From Salinivirgaceae bacterium (GTDB lineage: Bacteria > Bacteroidota > Bacteroidia > Bacteroidales > SZUA-534): a stretch of DNA of 64,000 bases. The notes beneath the pieces are model-generated. The model searched no databases and was not told where the DNA came from. It worked only from the letters and a program-made list of their open reading frames with translations. Every line of letters starts with the position of its first letter. Positions within the stretch are counted from its first letter, which is position 1. Position numbers and translations under genes: made by a program. Location of the stretch: the NCBI GenBank assembly GCA_024405635.1, contig JAKSOL010000001.1:96001-160000 (forward strand). The letters are read 5' to 3'. This document shows positions 19,388 through 29,072 of this stretch, one piece after another.

Positions 19388-21090
19388 GCTTAATATCAAT
19401 TTACCAAGTATTTACGCGTTTGGCAACCAACCATGTCAACTCGCCAGTTTATAACGGAACTATTGAGCAAAATGGAGTGGGCAAACTCAACGATTTTACT
19501 ACCGAGGTATTAAAAGAAATAAAAAAACTAGGAGTAACTCACGTGTGGTACACTGGTGTTATTGAACATGCACGATGCACTGCTAATGCCGAATGTGGCA
19601 TTGAAGGAGGCAACCCTCGTGTGATAAAAGGACGTGCAGGTTCGCCTTATGCTATTACTGACTATTACGACATTGACCCTGACCTTGCCGTGTCGGTGCC
19701 AAACCGCATGCAAGAGTTTGCTCGTTTGGTTAAACACACTCACGATGCAGGTTTAAAGGTGATTATTGATTTTGTTCCAAACCACGTATCGCGTCTTTAT
19801 AAATCCGATGTTTTTCCTGAGCGCGATTTTGGCAAAGATGACAACCCAGCATGGGCTTTTTCTATTAAAAACGACTTTTACTATATTGTAAATCAAGACC
19901 TTGTGCTGCCTGAAAATTCGGGCGCCGAAGTTGAGGGCAAAGAAAAACTTGCATTTTTCGAGTCTCCTGCAAAGGTTACTGGTAACAATCAGTTTTCGGC
20001 TTGGCCAACAATCGACGATTGGTACGAAACGGTTAAACTAAATTATGGCGTTGATTATCAGAATGGTGGAAAATGCTACTTTGTCCCTCAGCCATCGGTT
20101 TGGGGCAAAATGCTCGATATTCTGCTTTATTGGGCTAGCAAAGGAGTTGATGCTTTTCGCTGCGATATGGTTGAAATGACCCCAGTTGAGTTTTGGCAGT
20201 TTGCAATAGCCGAGGTTAATAAGCAATATCCAAACATTAAGTTTATAGCCGAGGTTTATAATCCATCAATGTATGCCGATTATGTTAAACGCGGCGGTTT
20301 TCATTATTTGTACGACAAAGTTGGACTTTACGACACTTTGCGTGCAATTGTGAGCAGCGATGCTCCTGCCTACAACCTTTCTGGTTGCTGGCAACGTTTG
20401 GGTGGATTGGATGCAAACATGGTTCGTTTTCTCGAAAATCACGATGAGCAGCGTGTTGCATCGCGCTTTTTCTCGCCCGATCCGCAAAAAGCTATTCCCG
20501 CAATGTTAGCATCGGCCACAATGAACCAAGGTGCTATTATGACATACTTTGGACAAGAAGTGGGCGAACCTGCACTTGGCAAAACAGGCTACAGCGGCGA
20601 CGATGGCCGCACTACTATTTTTGATTATTACAACGTTCCTGCTTTTCAAAAGTGGTACAACAACGGCAAACCATCGTATGCAAATTTAACCCCTGACCAG
20701 CAACTTTTGCGCGACCAATATGCTGAAATTCTGAATCTTGCCATTTCAGAACCATGTTTTACCAATGGCGCATTTTACGACATTATGTGGGTTAACAATC
20801 CCGAATGTGGTGTTGATAACACTCGCATCTTTGCTTATTTGCGTTACACAGCAACAGAGGCAATGCTAGTGGTGCTAACATTTAATGGCGACAAACAACT
20901 TAACTTTAATATACGAATACCCGAGCACGCATGGAATGCTATGGGAGTTAGCCTTGCTTCGGCAGTAAAATTGAAACCGGTTTTGGGCATTGCTCAACCG
21001 TTTGATGCTAGTGTAGGTCAACTTATATACAATGGTTTACCAATGCAAATGCAGCCATCGAGTGGAGTGGTGTTCCGCGTTGTGTGGTAG
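19384..21090 (+). CDS. GH13 alpha-amylase family protein
   Basis: GSPYAITDY, DFVPNH, AFRCDM, IAEVY, FLENHDE. Confidence 0.9.
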   Translation: MSLISIYQVFTRLATNHVNSPVYNGTIEQNGVGKLNDFTTEVLKEIKKLGVTHVWYTGVIEHARCTANAECGIEGGNPRVIKGRAGSPYAITDYYDIDPDLAVSVPNRMQEFARLVKHTHDAGLKVIIDFVPNHVSRLYKSDVFPERDFGKDDNPAWAFSIKNDFYYIVNQDLVLPENSGAEVEGKEKLAFFESPAKVTGNNQFSAWPTIDDWYETVKLNYGVDYQNGGKCYFVPQPSVWGKMLDILLYWASKGVDAFRCDMVEMTPVEFWQFAIAEVNKQYPNIKFIAEVYNPSMYADYVKRGGFHYLYDKVGLYDTLRAIVSSDAPAYNLSGCWQRLGGLDANMVRFLENHDEQRVASRFFSPDPQKAIPAMLASATMNQGAIMTYFGQEVGEPALGKTGYSGDDGRTTIFDYYNVPAFQKWYNNGKPSYANLTPDQQLLRDQYAEILNLAISEPCFTNGAFYDIMWVNNPECGVDNTRIFAYLRYTATEAMLVVLTFNGDKQLNFNIRIPEHAWNAMGVSLASAVKLKPVLGIAQPFDASVGQLIYNGLPMQMQPSSGVVFRVVW

Positions 21091-21114
21091 GTTTGAGTAT
21101 TTGCTTTAATAAAC

Positions 21115-21150
21115 AAAAACGGGAATCTTTATTCAAAGGTTCCCGTTTTT
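21115..21150. terminator. Bidirectional intrinsic terminator
   Basis: aaaaacgggaa...ttcccgttttt. Confidence 0.85.
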
Positions 21151-21175
21151 TATTTTAAAGCTGTTATGCAATAAA

Positions 21176-23497
21176 CTATTTTCCGGCTGCCGAGGTTCCG
21201 CCTGAATTTTCGCTATTGTTGTTGATGCGTTTGTAATCTGAACTGTTGTGCTTTTTGCCCCAATTGACTTTATAATTCACTTTTACCAAAAATACATTTT
21301 CGGCCATGTTGCTACGAATACTGCGTTTGTATCCAGCCAATTGGTTGCGGTTTTCGCTGTCAACTTTCCATGTCGATAGAAAAGGATTTAAGCAACTTGC
21401 TGTTACTGTCCATTGCTTGTTTATGCGGTAGTCAAGCGACAAAAGATTAACAAACTCGTTGCCCTCCATTGTTTCGCCATAAAATGAGTTGTGTGGCAGT
21501 TGGGTTAACCATTGCAAAGTGAAATCGTAGTGCGATAGTTCGGCCGAAATTGTGCCAGCAAAATTGTCGAATGTGTGCGAGTAGTTGTTACCAATTGAGT
21601 AGGTGTGTAAGTAGCGCACGTTTCCACCAACCGATAGCCAGTCTTTAATCAACTCGGCGCGTGCACTTAAACTATATTTTGTTGAGTGAAGAGCCTTTTG
21701 ATTAGCCGACGAACTGATTATTTGAGTGTGGTCGTCGTTCCAACGTTTTTCTTCCATTATAGGTTTCCATACATGCGAATACGAAACTCCAACTTTTACG
21801 TAAAGGCGATTGGTGTTGTAGTCTTGTTCGGTTGCAATGTTCAATCCGATGTAGTTTTTTAGGTTTGAGTTACCTGTCGACGACTGGTAAGCATCAACTT
21901 GTTGCTCAACTTGGCTTAACTGTCCAATGCTTGGTGTGCGGTTAAAAACTTCGCTTGTAAGGTTAAAGTTGGCTTTGTTTGACCATCGCCAATGATAGCG
22001 AACTCGTGGTTGTACAATGGTTGAACTAATGCGGTCAATGCCTTCCATTTTGGTAAAATTGTGGTTCACGGCCAAACCAGCAGTCAAATCCATGTTGTTG
22101 GCAATGTTGTACATTCCCTCCACAAATGCGTATGTAAAGCCCGATTGTGTGTTAACGGTTGTGTCGTTCAACATTTTGTATATAGTTTCGGTATGCGCCA
22201 AATTTTGTTTAACGCCAACAGTGATGCGGCCTTTTTCAAAACCTTTCTCGTAATCAACTTCGCCATTAAATTTTAGTTGAGGTTCGGTTATTTCTGTGGC
22301 GGTGCTAAATGTGTAGTAGTATGCCGAATCGATGCTATTTTCGTTGTAAGTGCGCGCTGAACTACTTTTATACCAGTTTCCGTTGGCACTAACAATAATC
22401 ATTTGGTCGTTTTTCAGTTTTCGGTGGTAGTAAATATTTCCCCACGAATTGATAATTTTTGAATTATTGTGGTCTTGCGCAAATGTTCTATAATTTGACA
22501 TGTTACTACTAATAATGCCATTGTAGTGTTGCGTAGATTTGTTACCGCCAATGCCACCGCTTACCGATAGTAATTGAAGCGAATCGGTGATGCTATATTC
22601 CAAATAACCACCCAAATTCTGATTGTTTAATTTGCCTTTTTGTCCGTCTTCTTTGCGAATAAGATACGAACCGTCGGCGTTTTGATATTTTTCTTCGTTG
22701 ATGCGGTAAAGGTTTAGCTTTTGGCGGTTCATGTCCCACAAATTAAAACTCAATGCCGATTTGCCTTTAAATACCTCTATTTCTCCCCAACAATCGTTAA
22801 AGTACAAGTTGTTTAGTGCCTGATTATGTTGAACCACAGCATTTCCACCGCCATCGGGATTTTCAACAATAAAATCGATAACAGCCTTTGCATCGCCCCA
22901 ACGCATCGATGGTTTGTCGTGATACTCAACACGTTTAATGTTATTGGGGTCGATGGCTCTAATTTGCTCAGCATTTACAGGTCGTCCGTTGATGCAGAGG
23001 GTAACGTTTCCGTTGTCGGCCAACGAAATTGATCCATCTACTTTGTTTACAAACACATCGGGAATCTTCAGTTTCGAAAGGAAATCGGTGCCGTTTGTGC
23101 ATCGTGCTGCCATTCCTTCTTTTGGTACATAAAGTTGGCGGTCACTTTTGGTTATTATGCTTGGAGCTTCAATGGTAATCTCGTCAAGGTTTTGGGCATC
23201 GTTGTTCATAACAATGTCGCCAATGTTGCCAATGCTTGTTTCAATGGTTTTGGTTTGGTATCCAACTGAACTGAATCGCAAAATTGATTTGGGCTCGCTG
23301 CTTGCTATTACAAAATTGCCCTCAAAATCTGTTGTGGTTCCAGTTATTATGCTCGAGTCGGTTTGATTTAGCAACGCTACGGTTACAAATTCAAGAGGTT
23401 GCGCATTTTCGTCAACCACACGTCCCTTAATTTCGTTCTTTGCTGAAAGTTGAATACTTACAGCAGTCATAATTAAAAATGATAATAAGCGTTTCAT
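21176..23497 (-). CDS. Outer-membrane beta-barrel protein (TonB-dependent-receptor-like, N-terminal carboxypeptidase-regulatory-like domain)
   Basis: Signal peptide; GRVVDEN..PLEFVTV..GTTTDFEGNF; plug-like INGRP..IKRVEY; GNSNLK; alternating beta-strand pattern. Confidence 0.75.
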   Translation of the reverse strand: MKRLLSFLIMTAVSIQLSAKNEIKGRVVDENAQPLEFVTVALLNQTDSSIITGTTTDFEGNFVIASSEPKSILRFSSVGYQTKTIETSIGNIGDIVMNNDAQNLDEITIEAPSIITKSDRQLYVPKEGMAARCTNGTDFLSKLKIPDVFVNKVDGSISLADNGNVTLCINGRPVNAEQIRAIDPNNIKRVEYHDKPSMRWGDAKAVIDFIVENPDGGGNAVVQHNQALNNLYFNDCWGEIEVFKGKSALSFNLWDMNRQKLNLYRINEEKYQNADGSYLIRKEDGQKGKLNNQNLGGYLEYSITDSLQLLSVSGGIGGNKSTQHYNGIISSNMSNYRTFAQDHNNSKIINSWGNIYYHRKLKNDQMIIVSANGNWYKSSSARTYNENSIDSAYYYTFSTATEITEPQLKFNGEVDYEKGFEKGRITVGVKQNLAHTETIYKMLNDTTVNTQSGFTYAFVEGMYNIANNMDLTAGLAVNHNFTKMEGIDRISSTIVQPRVRYHWRWSNKANFNLTSEVFNRTPSIGQLSQVEQQVDAYQSSTGNSNLKNYIGLNIATEQDYNTNRLYVKVGVSYSHVWKPIMEEKRWNDDHTQIISSSANQKALHSTKYSLSARAELIKDWLSVGGNVRYLHTYSIGNNYSHTFDNFAGTISAELSHYDFTLQWLTQLPHNSFYGETMEGNEFVNLLSLDYRINKQWTVTASCLNPFLSTWKVDSENRNQLAGYKRSIRSNMAENVFLVKVNYKVNWGKKHNSSDYKRINNNSENSGGTSAAGK

Positions 23498-23650
23498 TTT
23501 AAGTTTTAGTTTGGTGATTTTTAATTCTGAACTAATGACTTTTGCTGAATTAAAATGTTACACACAAACGATTATTTTTTTTTTTGAAAGCACTCTTATC
23601 TTTTTGCCAAAGTGTTGATTATTAGACTGTAAAGACGATTGCTTATAAAC

Positions 23651-23682
23651 AAAAAATCCGCCCCGAATTGAGGCGGATTTTT
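23651..23682 (-). terminator. Intrinsic terminator after fumarase
   Basis: aaaaaatccgcc...ggcggattttt. Confidence 0.8.
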
Positions 23683-23704
23683 AGTGCTATTTATTTGGTA
23701 ACTG

Positions 23705-25357
23705 TTATTTCAAAATTGTGCAACCTGGATTTGGTTGTAGTTGTTTGAAAAAGTCGTTGCCTTTGTCGTCAACCAAGATAAATGCAGGGAAGTTTTCAAC
23801 TTCGATTTTCCAAATGGCTTCCATTCCAAGTTCTGGATACTCAACACATTCAATTGATTTGATGTTGTTTTGAGCCAAGATGGCAGCTGGACCACCAATT
23901 GAACCAAGGTAGAAACCACCATGATCTTTACATGCATTAGTAACGTCGATTGAACGGTTACCTTTTGCCAACATAATCATTGATCCTCCGTTGTCTTGGA
24001 ACTCGTAAACGTAAGGGTCCATACGTCCAGCGGTGGTTGGGCCCATTGAACCGCATGCCATACCAGCAGGAGTTTTAGCAGGACCAGCATAGTAAATAGG
24101 GTGGTCTTTCAAATATTGTGGCATGCCTTCGCCAGCATCCAAGCGAGCTTTAATTTTAGCGTGTGCAATATCGCGACCTACAATGATAGTACCATTCAAA
24201 CTTAAGCGGGTGCCGATTGGGTATTTGGTTAAAATTTTGCAAACATCAGCCATTGGTTGATTCAAGTCGATTTTAACAGCGTCGCCTTCGCCAGCATTGC
24301 GCAATTCTTCTGGAATGAGTTCGTATGGTTTGTCGTCCATCTTTTCAATCCAAATACCGTCTTTATTGATTTTAGCTTTAATGTTACGGTCGGCTGAGCA
24401 ACTTACACCCAAACCAATAGGGCAACTAGCACCGTGGCGAGGTAAACGAACTACGCGAACGTCGTGTGCCATGTATTTGCCTCCAAATTGAGCGCCCAAA
24501 CCAATTTTGTAAGCCTCTTGAAGCAATTGCTTTTCAAGTTCAATGTCGCGGAATGCGCGGCCAGTTTCGTCGCCAGTTGTTGGAAGCGAATCGTAGTAGT
24601 GAGTTGACGCCAACTTAACTGTAAGCAAGTTCTTTTCGGCTGAAGTACCACCAATAACAATTGCAATGTGATATGGAGGGCAAGCTGCAGTACCCAAACT
24701 CTTCATTTTTTCAACCAAAAAAGGAATAAGAGTGCCAGGGTTTTGTATGCGAGCTTTGGTTTCTTGATACAAGTATGTTTTGTTTGCCGAACCGCCGCCT
24801 TTGGTTACGCAAAGAAAACGATATTCCATGCCTTGAGTAGCCTCAATGTCAATTTGAGCAGGAAGGTTGCATTTTGTGTTAACCTCGTTGTACATATCAA
24901 GTGGCGCATTTTGGCTATAGCGAAGGTTTTCTTCGGTGTATGTTTTGTAAACGCCTTTTGCAATGGCTTCTTCATCTTCAAATCCAGTCCAAACTTGTTG
25001 TCCTTTTTCGCCGTGAACAATAGCGGTACCAGTGTCTTGGCAAAGAGGTAGTTTTCCTTTTGCGGCAATTTCGGCATTGCGTAAGAAGGTAAGTGCTACA
25101 TATTTATCGTTGTCAGAAGCCTCTGGGTCGCGAAGAATTTTAGCTACTTGTTCGTTGTGTGAGCGGCGAAGCAAGAAACTAACATCGCGAAAAGCTGCGT
25201 TGGTCATTTTTGTAAGTGCCTCTTCTGTTACTTTAAGGATTGGTTTTCCTTCAAATTCGCTAACAGAAACACCCTCTTTGGTTAAGAGGTAGTATTCGGT
25301 ATCGTCTTTGCCCAATTGGAACATTGGGGCGTACTTAAACTCTGGTATTGTTGCCAT
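23705..25357 (-). CDS. fumA: Class I (Fe-S) fumarate hydratase
   Basis: [40 protein letters not shown]. Confidence 0.95.
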   Translation of the reverse strand: MATIPEFKYAPMFQLGKDDTEYYLLTKEGVSVSEFEGKPILKVTEEALTKMTNAAFRDVSFLLRRSHNEQVAKILRDPEASDNDKYVALTFLRNAEIAAKGKLPLCQDTGTAIVHGEKGQQVWTGFEDEEAIAKGVYKTYTEENLRYSQNAPLDMYNEVNTKCNLPAQIDIEATQGMEYRFLCVTKGGGSANKTYLYQETKARIQNPGTLIPFLVEKMKSLGTAACPPYHIAIVIGGTSAEKNLLTVKLASTHYYDSLPTTGDETGRAFRDIELEKQLLQEAYKIGLGAQFGGKYMAHDVRVVRLPRHGASCPIGLGVSCSADRNIKAKINKDGIWIEKMDDKPYELIPEELRNAGEGDAVKIDLNQPMADVCKILTKYPIGTRLSLNGTIIVGRDIAHAKIKARLDAGEGMPQYLKDHPIYYAGPAKTPAGMACGSMGPTTAGRMDPYVYEFQDNGGSMIMLAKGNRSIDVTNACKDHGGFYLGSIGGPAAILAQNNIKSIECVEYPELGMEAIWKIEVENFPAFILVDDKGNDFFKQLQPNPGCTILK

Positions 25358-25413
25358 AGTAGTATTTATTTTTGTGTTAAAATTTGCTGCGAATGTAGTG
25401 AAAAGCCTTGGTA

Positions 25414-26031
25414 TTAATTTGGGGCTTCTAAATGTAGTTCGGTAATTAGTTTTTCAATCAAGTTGTTGCGCGATCGCATTTCGCTTAACCTTTCAAGTGG
25501 TGTTTTTTCGTAGTCTATGATAGGGCGTTTTCCTAGTGCTGATACGCAGAACTGAAGTTTTATGTTGTCATTTTTAAGTTCGCGACGTAAGGTCGTTTGC
25601 AAGTGCTGCAACACGTTTTTGTCCATGTAGTCTTTGTAGAACGATGTTTCAACGTAAAATGTTAATTGTGTTCCTAATGTAATAGTAGGTGCTTGATTTT
25701 CAAGAATTTGACCTAAATGTGGTAGGTTTTTCTTTATATGACGAGCATACTCAATCCACACTTCGTGTAGTCGTTCGGCTTCAAAACTATTGTTTTGTAT
25801 TGTTCCAGTATCTTGAGTTGATTCTGTTTTTTTGCCAATTTGGTTCAGCTTTGGGGTTGGCTGGTATCCTGTGTACACAGCGGGCCCCGTTTTCTTTTGG
25901 CTTATTGTAATGTTAGGTCTTCGATGTGTTGAGTTTGAAGCATTGGCGTTTGGCCCTATAATATTTAGTTCGGCCATTCGTTTTTGTCGCCATGCTAATT
26001 GTTTGGCTAAACGTCGTTCTCTTTTTTTTTT
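25414..26031 (-). CDS. dnaX: Probable C-terminal (tau-specific) part of DnaX, in -1 frame
   Basis: Frame open from the A11 run to the stop at 25414; low-complexity linker then [38 protein letters not shown], resembling Bacteroidota DnaX C-termini. Confidence 0.7.
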   Translation of the reverse strand, partial: KKKRERRLAKQLAWRQKRMAELNIIGPNANASNSTHRRPNITISQKKTGPAVYTGYQPTPKLNQIGKKTESTQDTGTIQNNSFEAERLHEVWIEYARHIKKNLPHLGQILENQAPTITLGTQLTFYVETSFYKDYMDKNVLQHLQTTLRRELKNDNIKLQFCVSALGKRPIIDYEKTPLERLSEMRSRNNLIEKLITELHLEAPN

Positions 26032-27125
26032 TCAGCCTTCAAGTTGCACAAACCAATAAGAGCCAACTCAACTACCAAGCGTTTGTTTTGTGTGCTACGG
26101 TAGTTTATCTCAGCATCGTTTAGGGTTCTTAGAGCATCAAAAATGAACCAAGGTTCGCATTTTTGAGTTTGTTCAAGGTATTTGGCGCGAGTGCTATCGC
26201 CTGCTTCAATCAATTTTACAGTGCGCTCGTCTTTTGATACTAGCAAGTCGCGAAAATGTTTGCTCAAGCCCGAAAGAAATACTTGACCATCAAAACCTTT
26301 TTCAAGCACATCGTTGTATATGTCGAGGCATGTGTGAGAGTTTTCGTCAATTGCGGCATCAACAACCTTGAAAAAGTAATCGTAGTCTAGTACATTGAGG
26401 TTCGCAATGGCTTTTTCGTAAGTTATTTCGTTGCCCGAAAAGCTAACTATTTGGTCAAAAATTGACAATGCATCGCGCATTGCGCCATCGGCCTTTTGTG
26501 CTATTATATTAAGAGCCTCAGGGTCGGCTGTAACACCTTCGCATTTAGCAACATATTCAAGATGTTTTGCTGCATCGGCTATTGTTATACGACCAAAGGT
26601 AAATACTTGGCAGCGCGATAATATGGTTGGCAACACTTTGTGTTTTTCGGTTGTTGCCATAATAAATACTGCATGTTGTGGTGGCTCTTCAAGTGTTTTC
26701 AAAAACGCATTAAAGGCGGCTGTGGTAAGCATGTGCACCTCATCGATAATGTACACGCTGTAGTTGCCTATTTGTGGTTTTACGCGCACTTGGTCTATCA
26801 ACGATCGAATGTCGTCAACTGAGTTGTTTGATGCAGCATCAAGTTCGTGAATATTGTATGAACGGTCTTGGTTAAATGCCATGCACGACTCGCATTCGTT
26901 GCAAGGCTCCATGTTGGCGGTTGGATTTAGACAATTTATTGTTTTGGCAAAAATGCGGGCGCATGTGGTTTTTCCAACACCGCGTGGGCCACAAAACAAG
27001 TAGGCATGTGCCATGTGTTTGTTCTGAATGGCGTTTTTTAGAGTGGTGGTAATTGCACTTTGACCAACAACACTTTCAAATGTTGTGGGGCGATATTTTC
27101 GTGCTGAAACAATAAACTCGTTCAT
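26007..27125 (-). CDS. dnaX: DNA polymerase III subunit gamma/tau (gamma-length ORF)
   Basis: ARKYRP, GPRGVGKT, CNECESC, ELDAASN, DEVHML, TILSRC; ends just past an A11 run. Confidence 0.95.
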   Translation of the reverse strand: MNEFIVSARKYRPTTFESVVGQSAITTTLKNAIQNKHMAHAYLFCGPRGVGKTTCARIFAKTINCLNPTANMEPCNECESCMAFNQDRSYNIHELDAASNNSVDDIRSLIDQVRVKPQIGNYSVYIIDEVHMLTTAAFNAFLKTLEEPPQHAVFIMATTEKHKVLPTILSRCQVFTFGRITIADAAKHLEYVAKCEGVTADPEALNIIAQKADGAMRDALSIFDQIVSFSGNEITYEKAIANLNVLDYDYFFKVVDAAIDENSHTCLDIYNDVLEKGFDGQVFLSGLSKHFRDLLVSKDERTVKLIEAGDSTRAKYLEQTQKCEPWFIFDALRTLNDAEINYRSTQNKRLVVELALIGLCNLKAEKKKENDV

Positions 27126-27144
27126 AATTCTTGTTGTAACTCCA

Positions 27145-27152
27145 CAAATATA
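27145..27152 (-). promoter_or_regulatory. sigmaA -7 box for dnaX
   Basis: TATATTTG on minus strand, ~20 bp before ATG. Confidence 0.55.
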
Positions 27153-27198
27153 AATAAAGCCTTATTTCTGCCGCGTAATACTTTTTAACAATTTAACA

Positions 27199-28488
27199 TC
27201 ATTTTACTTTCAGTAGTTCGTTCCAATTGGTTGTGTAACGCTCTGAAAGGTGTTCGCGGCGCAAGTTATTGTTAAAAAGTGGTTGGGTATTGTCGTTATT
27301 TGGTTCCGATAGTTGTGCTGCAAGGCAAATTGTGTCGCGACCGTTTGCTTTGTTTATGCTGTCGATAAGTGCCGATAGTCGGTTGTCTTTGTCGCGTCGG
27401 TTTTGATTTTCGTCAAACATCGATGTTTGAATGGCATTGGCAGGGCTTATGTCGCATAGCACAACTCCAGCTTTTTTGTACTGAACGCCTTTTTTGAAAA
27501 TCTTATGCAGCGCCAAACTGGCGGCCGATACAATTTCGTATGTGTTTGATGCAGCAACCTCAAGCATTTGTGTGCATGCGTTTGAGTATTGTTGCAGGTC
27601 GGTGCGGAATCGGTTTGAAGAAATAAAAACCATAACTGATTGTGCAGCACTATGTTGCTTGCGCAGTTTCATTGCACATTGAGCGGCAAAGTTGGCTATG
27701 TGGGTTTGCAGTTGCTCTTCGTTATCAACCATTTGTGCAAACGACCTCGATGTGCAAATGCTTTGTTTGTTGTCGCCTTTTTCAATGTCGATGCAGTCAA
27801 TGCCATTTAGTTCTTTCCATGTTTGGGCGAGTGGCAATCCAAATTCGCGGCGAATATCTTTTTCGTTTAGTCTTAGAAAATCGGCGGCGGTTACTATTCC
27901 TTTTTGTTTTAGCGTTGGAATGGTTCTGCGCCCAATTCCCCAAACATCTTCAATGGCAGTTAATTGCAACGCTTTCATTCGTTTTTCGTCGGTGTTTATT
28001 ATACATGCCGATTTGTAGCCTTTGAGTTTCTTGGCAAATTTGCATGCTACTTTTGCCAGTGTTTTGGTTGGTGCAATGCCAATGCTAACTGGTATTCCTG
28101 TTGATTGATGTATGTTTTTTGCTAACGCAACAGCTTTTGTGTGAGGGAGTTGCTGAAAGTTATCAATAGCAAAAAACGATTCGTCAATTGAGTAGGGAAT
28201 AATGTTGCCAATGGTGTTTGATAGTATGCTCATAACCCGGTGCGACATGTCGCCATATAGCACGTAGTTTGATGAGAATGCTGTTACTATGTTGTTTTTG
28301 TCGTGTTCTTTGAGTTGATAAAACGGCATGCCCATTGGAATGTTCATGGCTTTGGCCTCGTTGCTTCGCGACACAACACAACCGTCGTTGTTTGATAGCA
28401 CTACAACAGGTTTGTTGTTTAGTTCGGGCCTAAACACTCGTTCGCACGACACAAAAAAGTTGTTGCAATCAACCAATCCGTAGGGCAT
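27199..28488 (-). CDS. umuC: Y-family DNA polymerase V catalytic subunit
   Basis: DCNNFFVSCE, SNNDGC, YSIDE, TKTLAK, C-terminal HLSERYTTNW. Confidence 0.92.
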   Translation of the reverse strand: MPYGLVDCNNFFVSCERVFRPELNNKPVVVLSNNDGCVVSRSNEAKAMNIPMGMPFYQLKEHDKNNIVTAFSSNYVLYGDMSHRVMSILSNTIGNIIPYSIDESFFAIDNFQQLPHTKAVALAKNIHQSTGIPVSIGIAPTKTLAKVACKFAKKLKGYKSACIINTDEKRMKALQLTAIEDVWGIGRRTIPTLKQKGIVTAADFLRLNEKDIRREFGLPLAQTWKELNGIDCIDIEKGDNKQSICTSRSFAQMVDNEEQLQTHIANFAAQCAMKLRKQHSAAQSVMVFISSNRFRTDLQQYSNACTQMLEVAASNTYEIVSAASLALHKIFKKGVQYKKAGVVLCDISPANAIQTSMFDENQNRRDKDNRLSALIDSINKANGRDTICLAAQLSEPNNDNTQPLFNNNLRREHLSERYTTNWNELLKVK

Positions 28489-28508
28489 AGCAAATTATGT
28501 TCATTGGT

Positions 28509-28958
28509 TTAAATGCGCGAGTTGCGTTTTTTTATAGTATAGGTTACTATGCCCCAAACCATAAAGTCGCTTTCGGGCTGAACTTCAATGTCTTTGTAGG
28601 CTTTGTTTCCCGACACTAAAAATAGTTTTCCCTTGCGTTGACTGATAAACTTTAATGCAAATTCGCCATCAATAAAGCACACTGCCATGTCTCCGTTTTG
28701 TGGTTCAAGCGATTTGTCAACTACTAAAACATCGCCTTCGTCAATGCCTTCATCTTGCATTGAATTGCCAACCACGCGAGCATAAAATGTGCTTGCTGGG
28801 TGTCTTACAAGTTCACGGTTCAGGTCAATCGACTGTTCAGCATAGTCTTGCGCTGGACTAGGGAATCCTGCGTGTACATCGCTACCAGCCAATGGAATTG
28901 ACATGTACGATTGAGTTTCGGGCTCAAAAAATTCAATCTGGTTGTTTTGTGTGGCCAT
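28509..28958 (-). CDS. umuD: DNA polymerase V autoproteolytic subunit
   Basis: AGFPSPA cleavage site, GNSM (Ser), FALK (Lys), VWGIV. Confidence 0.92.
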   Translation of the reverse strand: MATQNNQIEFFEPETQSYMSIPLAGSDVHAGFPSPAQDYAEQSIDLNRELVRHPASTFYARVVGNSMQDEGIDEGDVLVVDKSLEPQNGDMAVCFIDGEFALKFISQRKGKLFLVSGNKAYKDIEVQPESDFMVWGIVTYTIKKRNSRI

Positions 28959-29014
28959 TTTATGTGTGTTTCAGTTGGCAAAGTAACCAATTTGTGTAGG
29001 CTTTTTATCTAAAT

Positions 29015-29050
29015 AAAAAAGCCAGCCTTAATTTTTTTAAAGCTGGCTTT
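29015..29050 (-). terminator. Intrinsic terminator after sensor gene
   Basis: aaaaaagccagc...gctggcttt. Confidence 0.75.
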
Positions 29051-29072
29051 GGAGTATTGTTTTGAGTTGTTG

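Noticed and set aside
27199-28980. umuDC as prophage/ICE cargo, or with an SOS box
   Set aside because: Flanked by housekeeping genes with no mobility genes; no recognisable LexA-type palindrome upstream.
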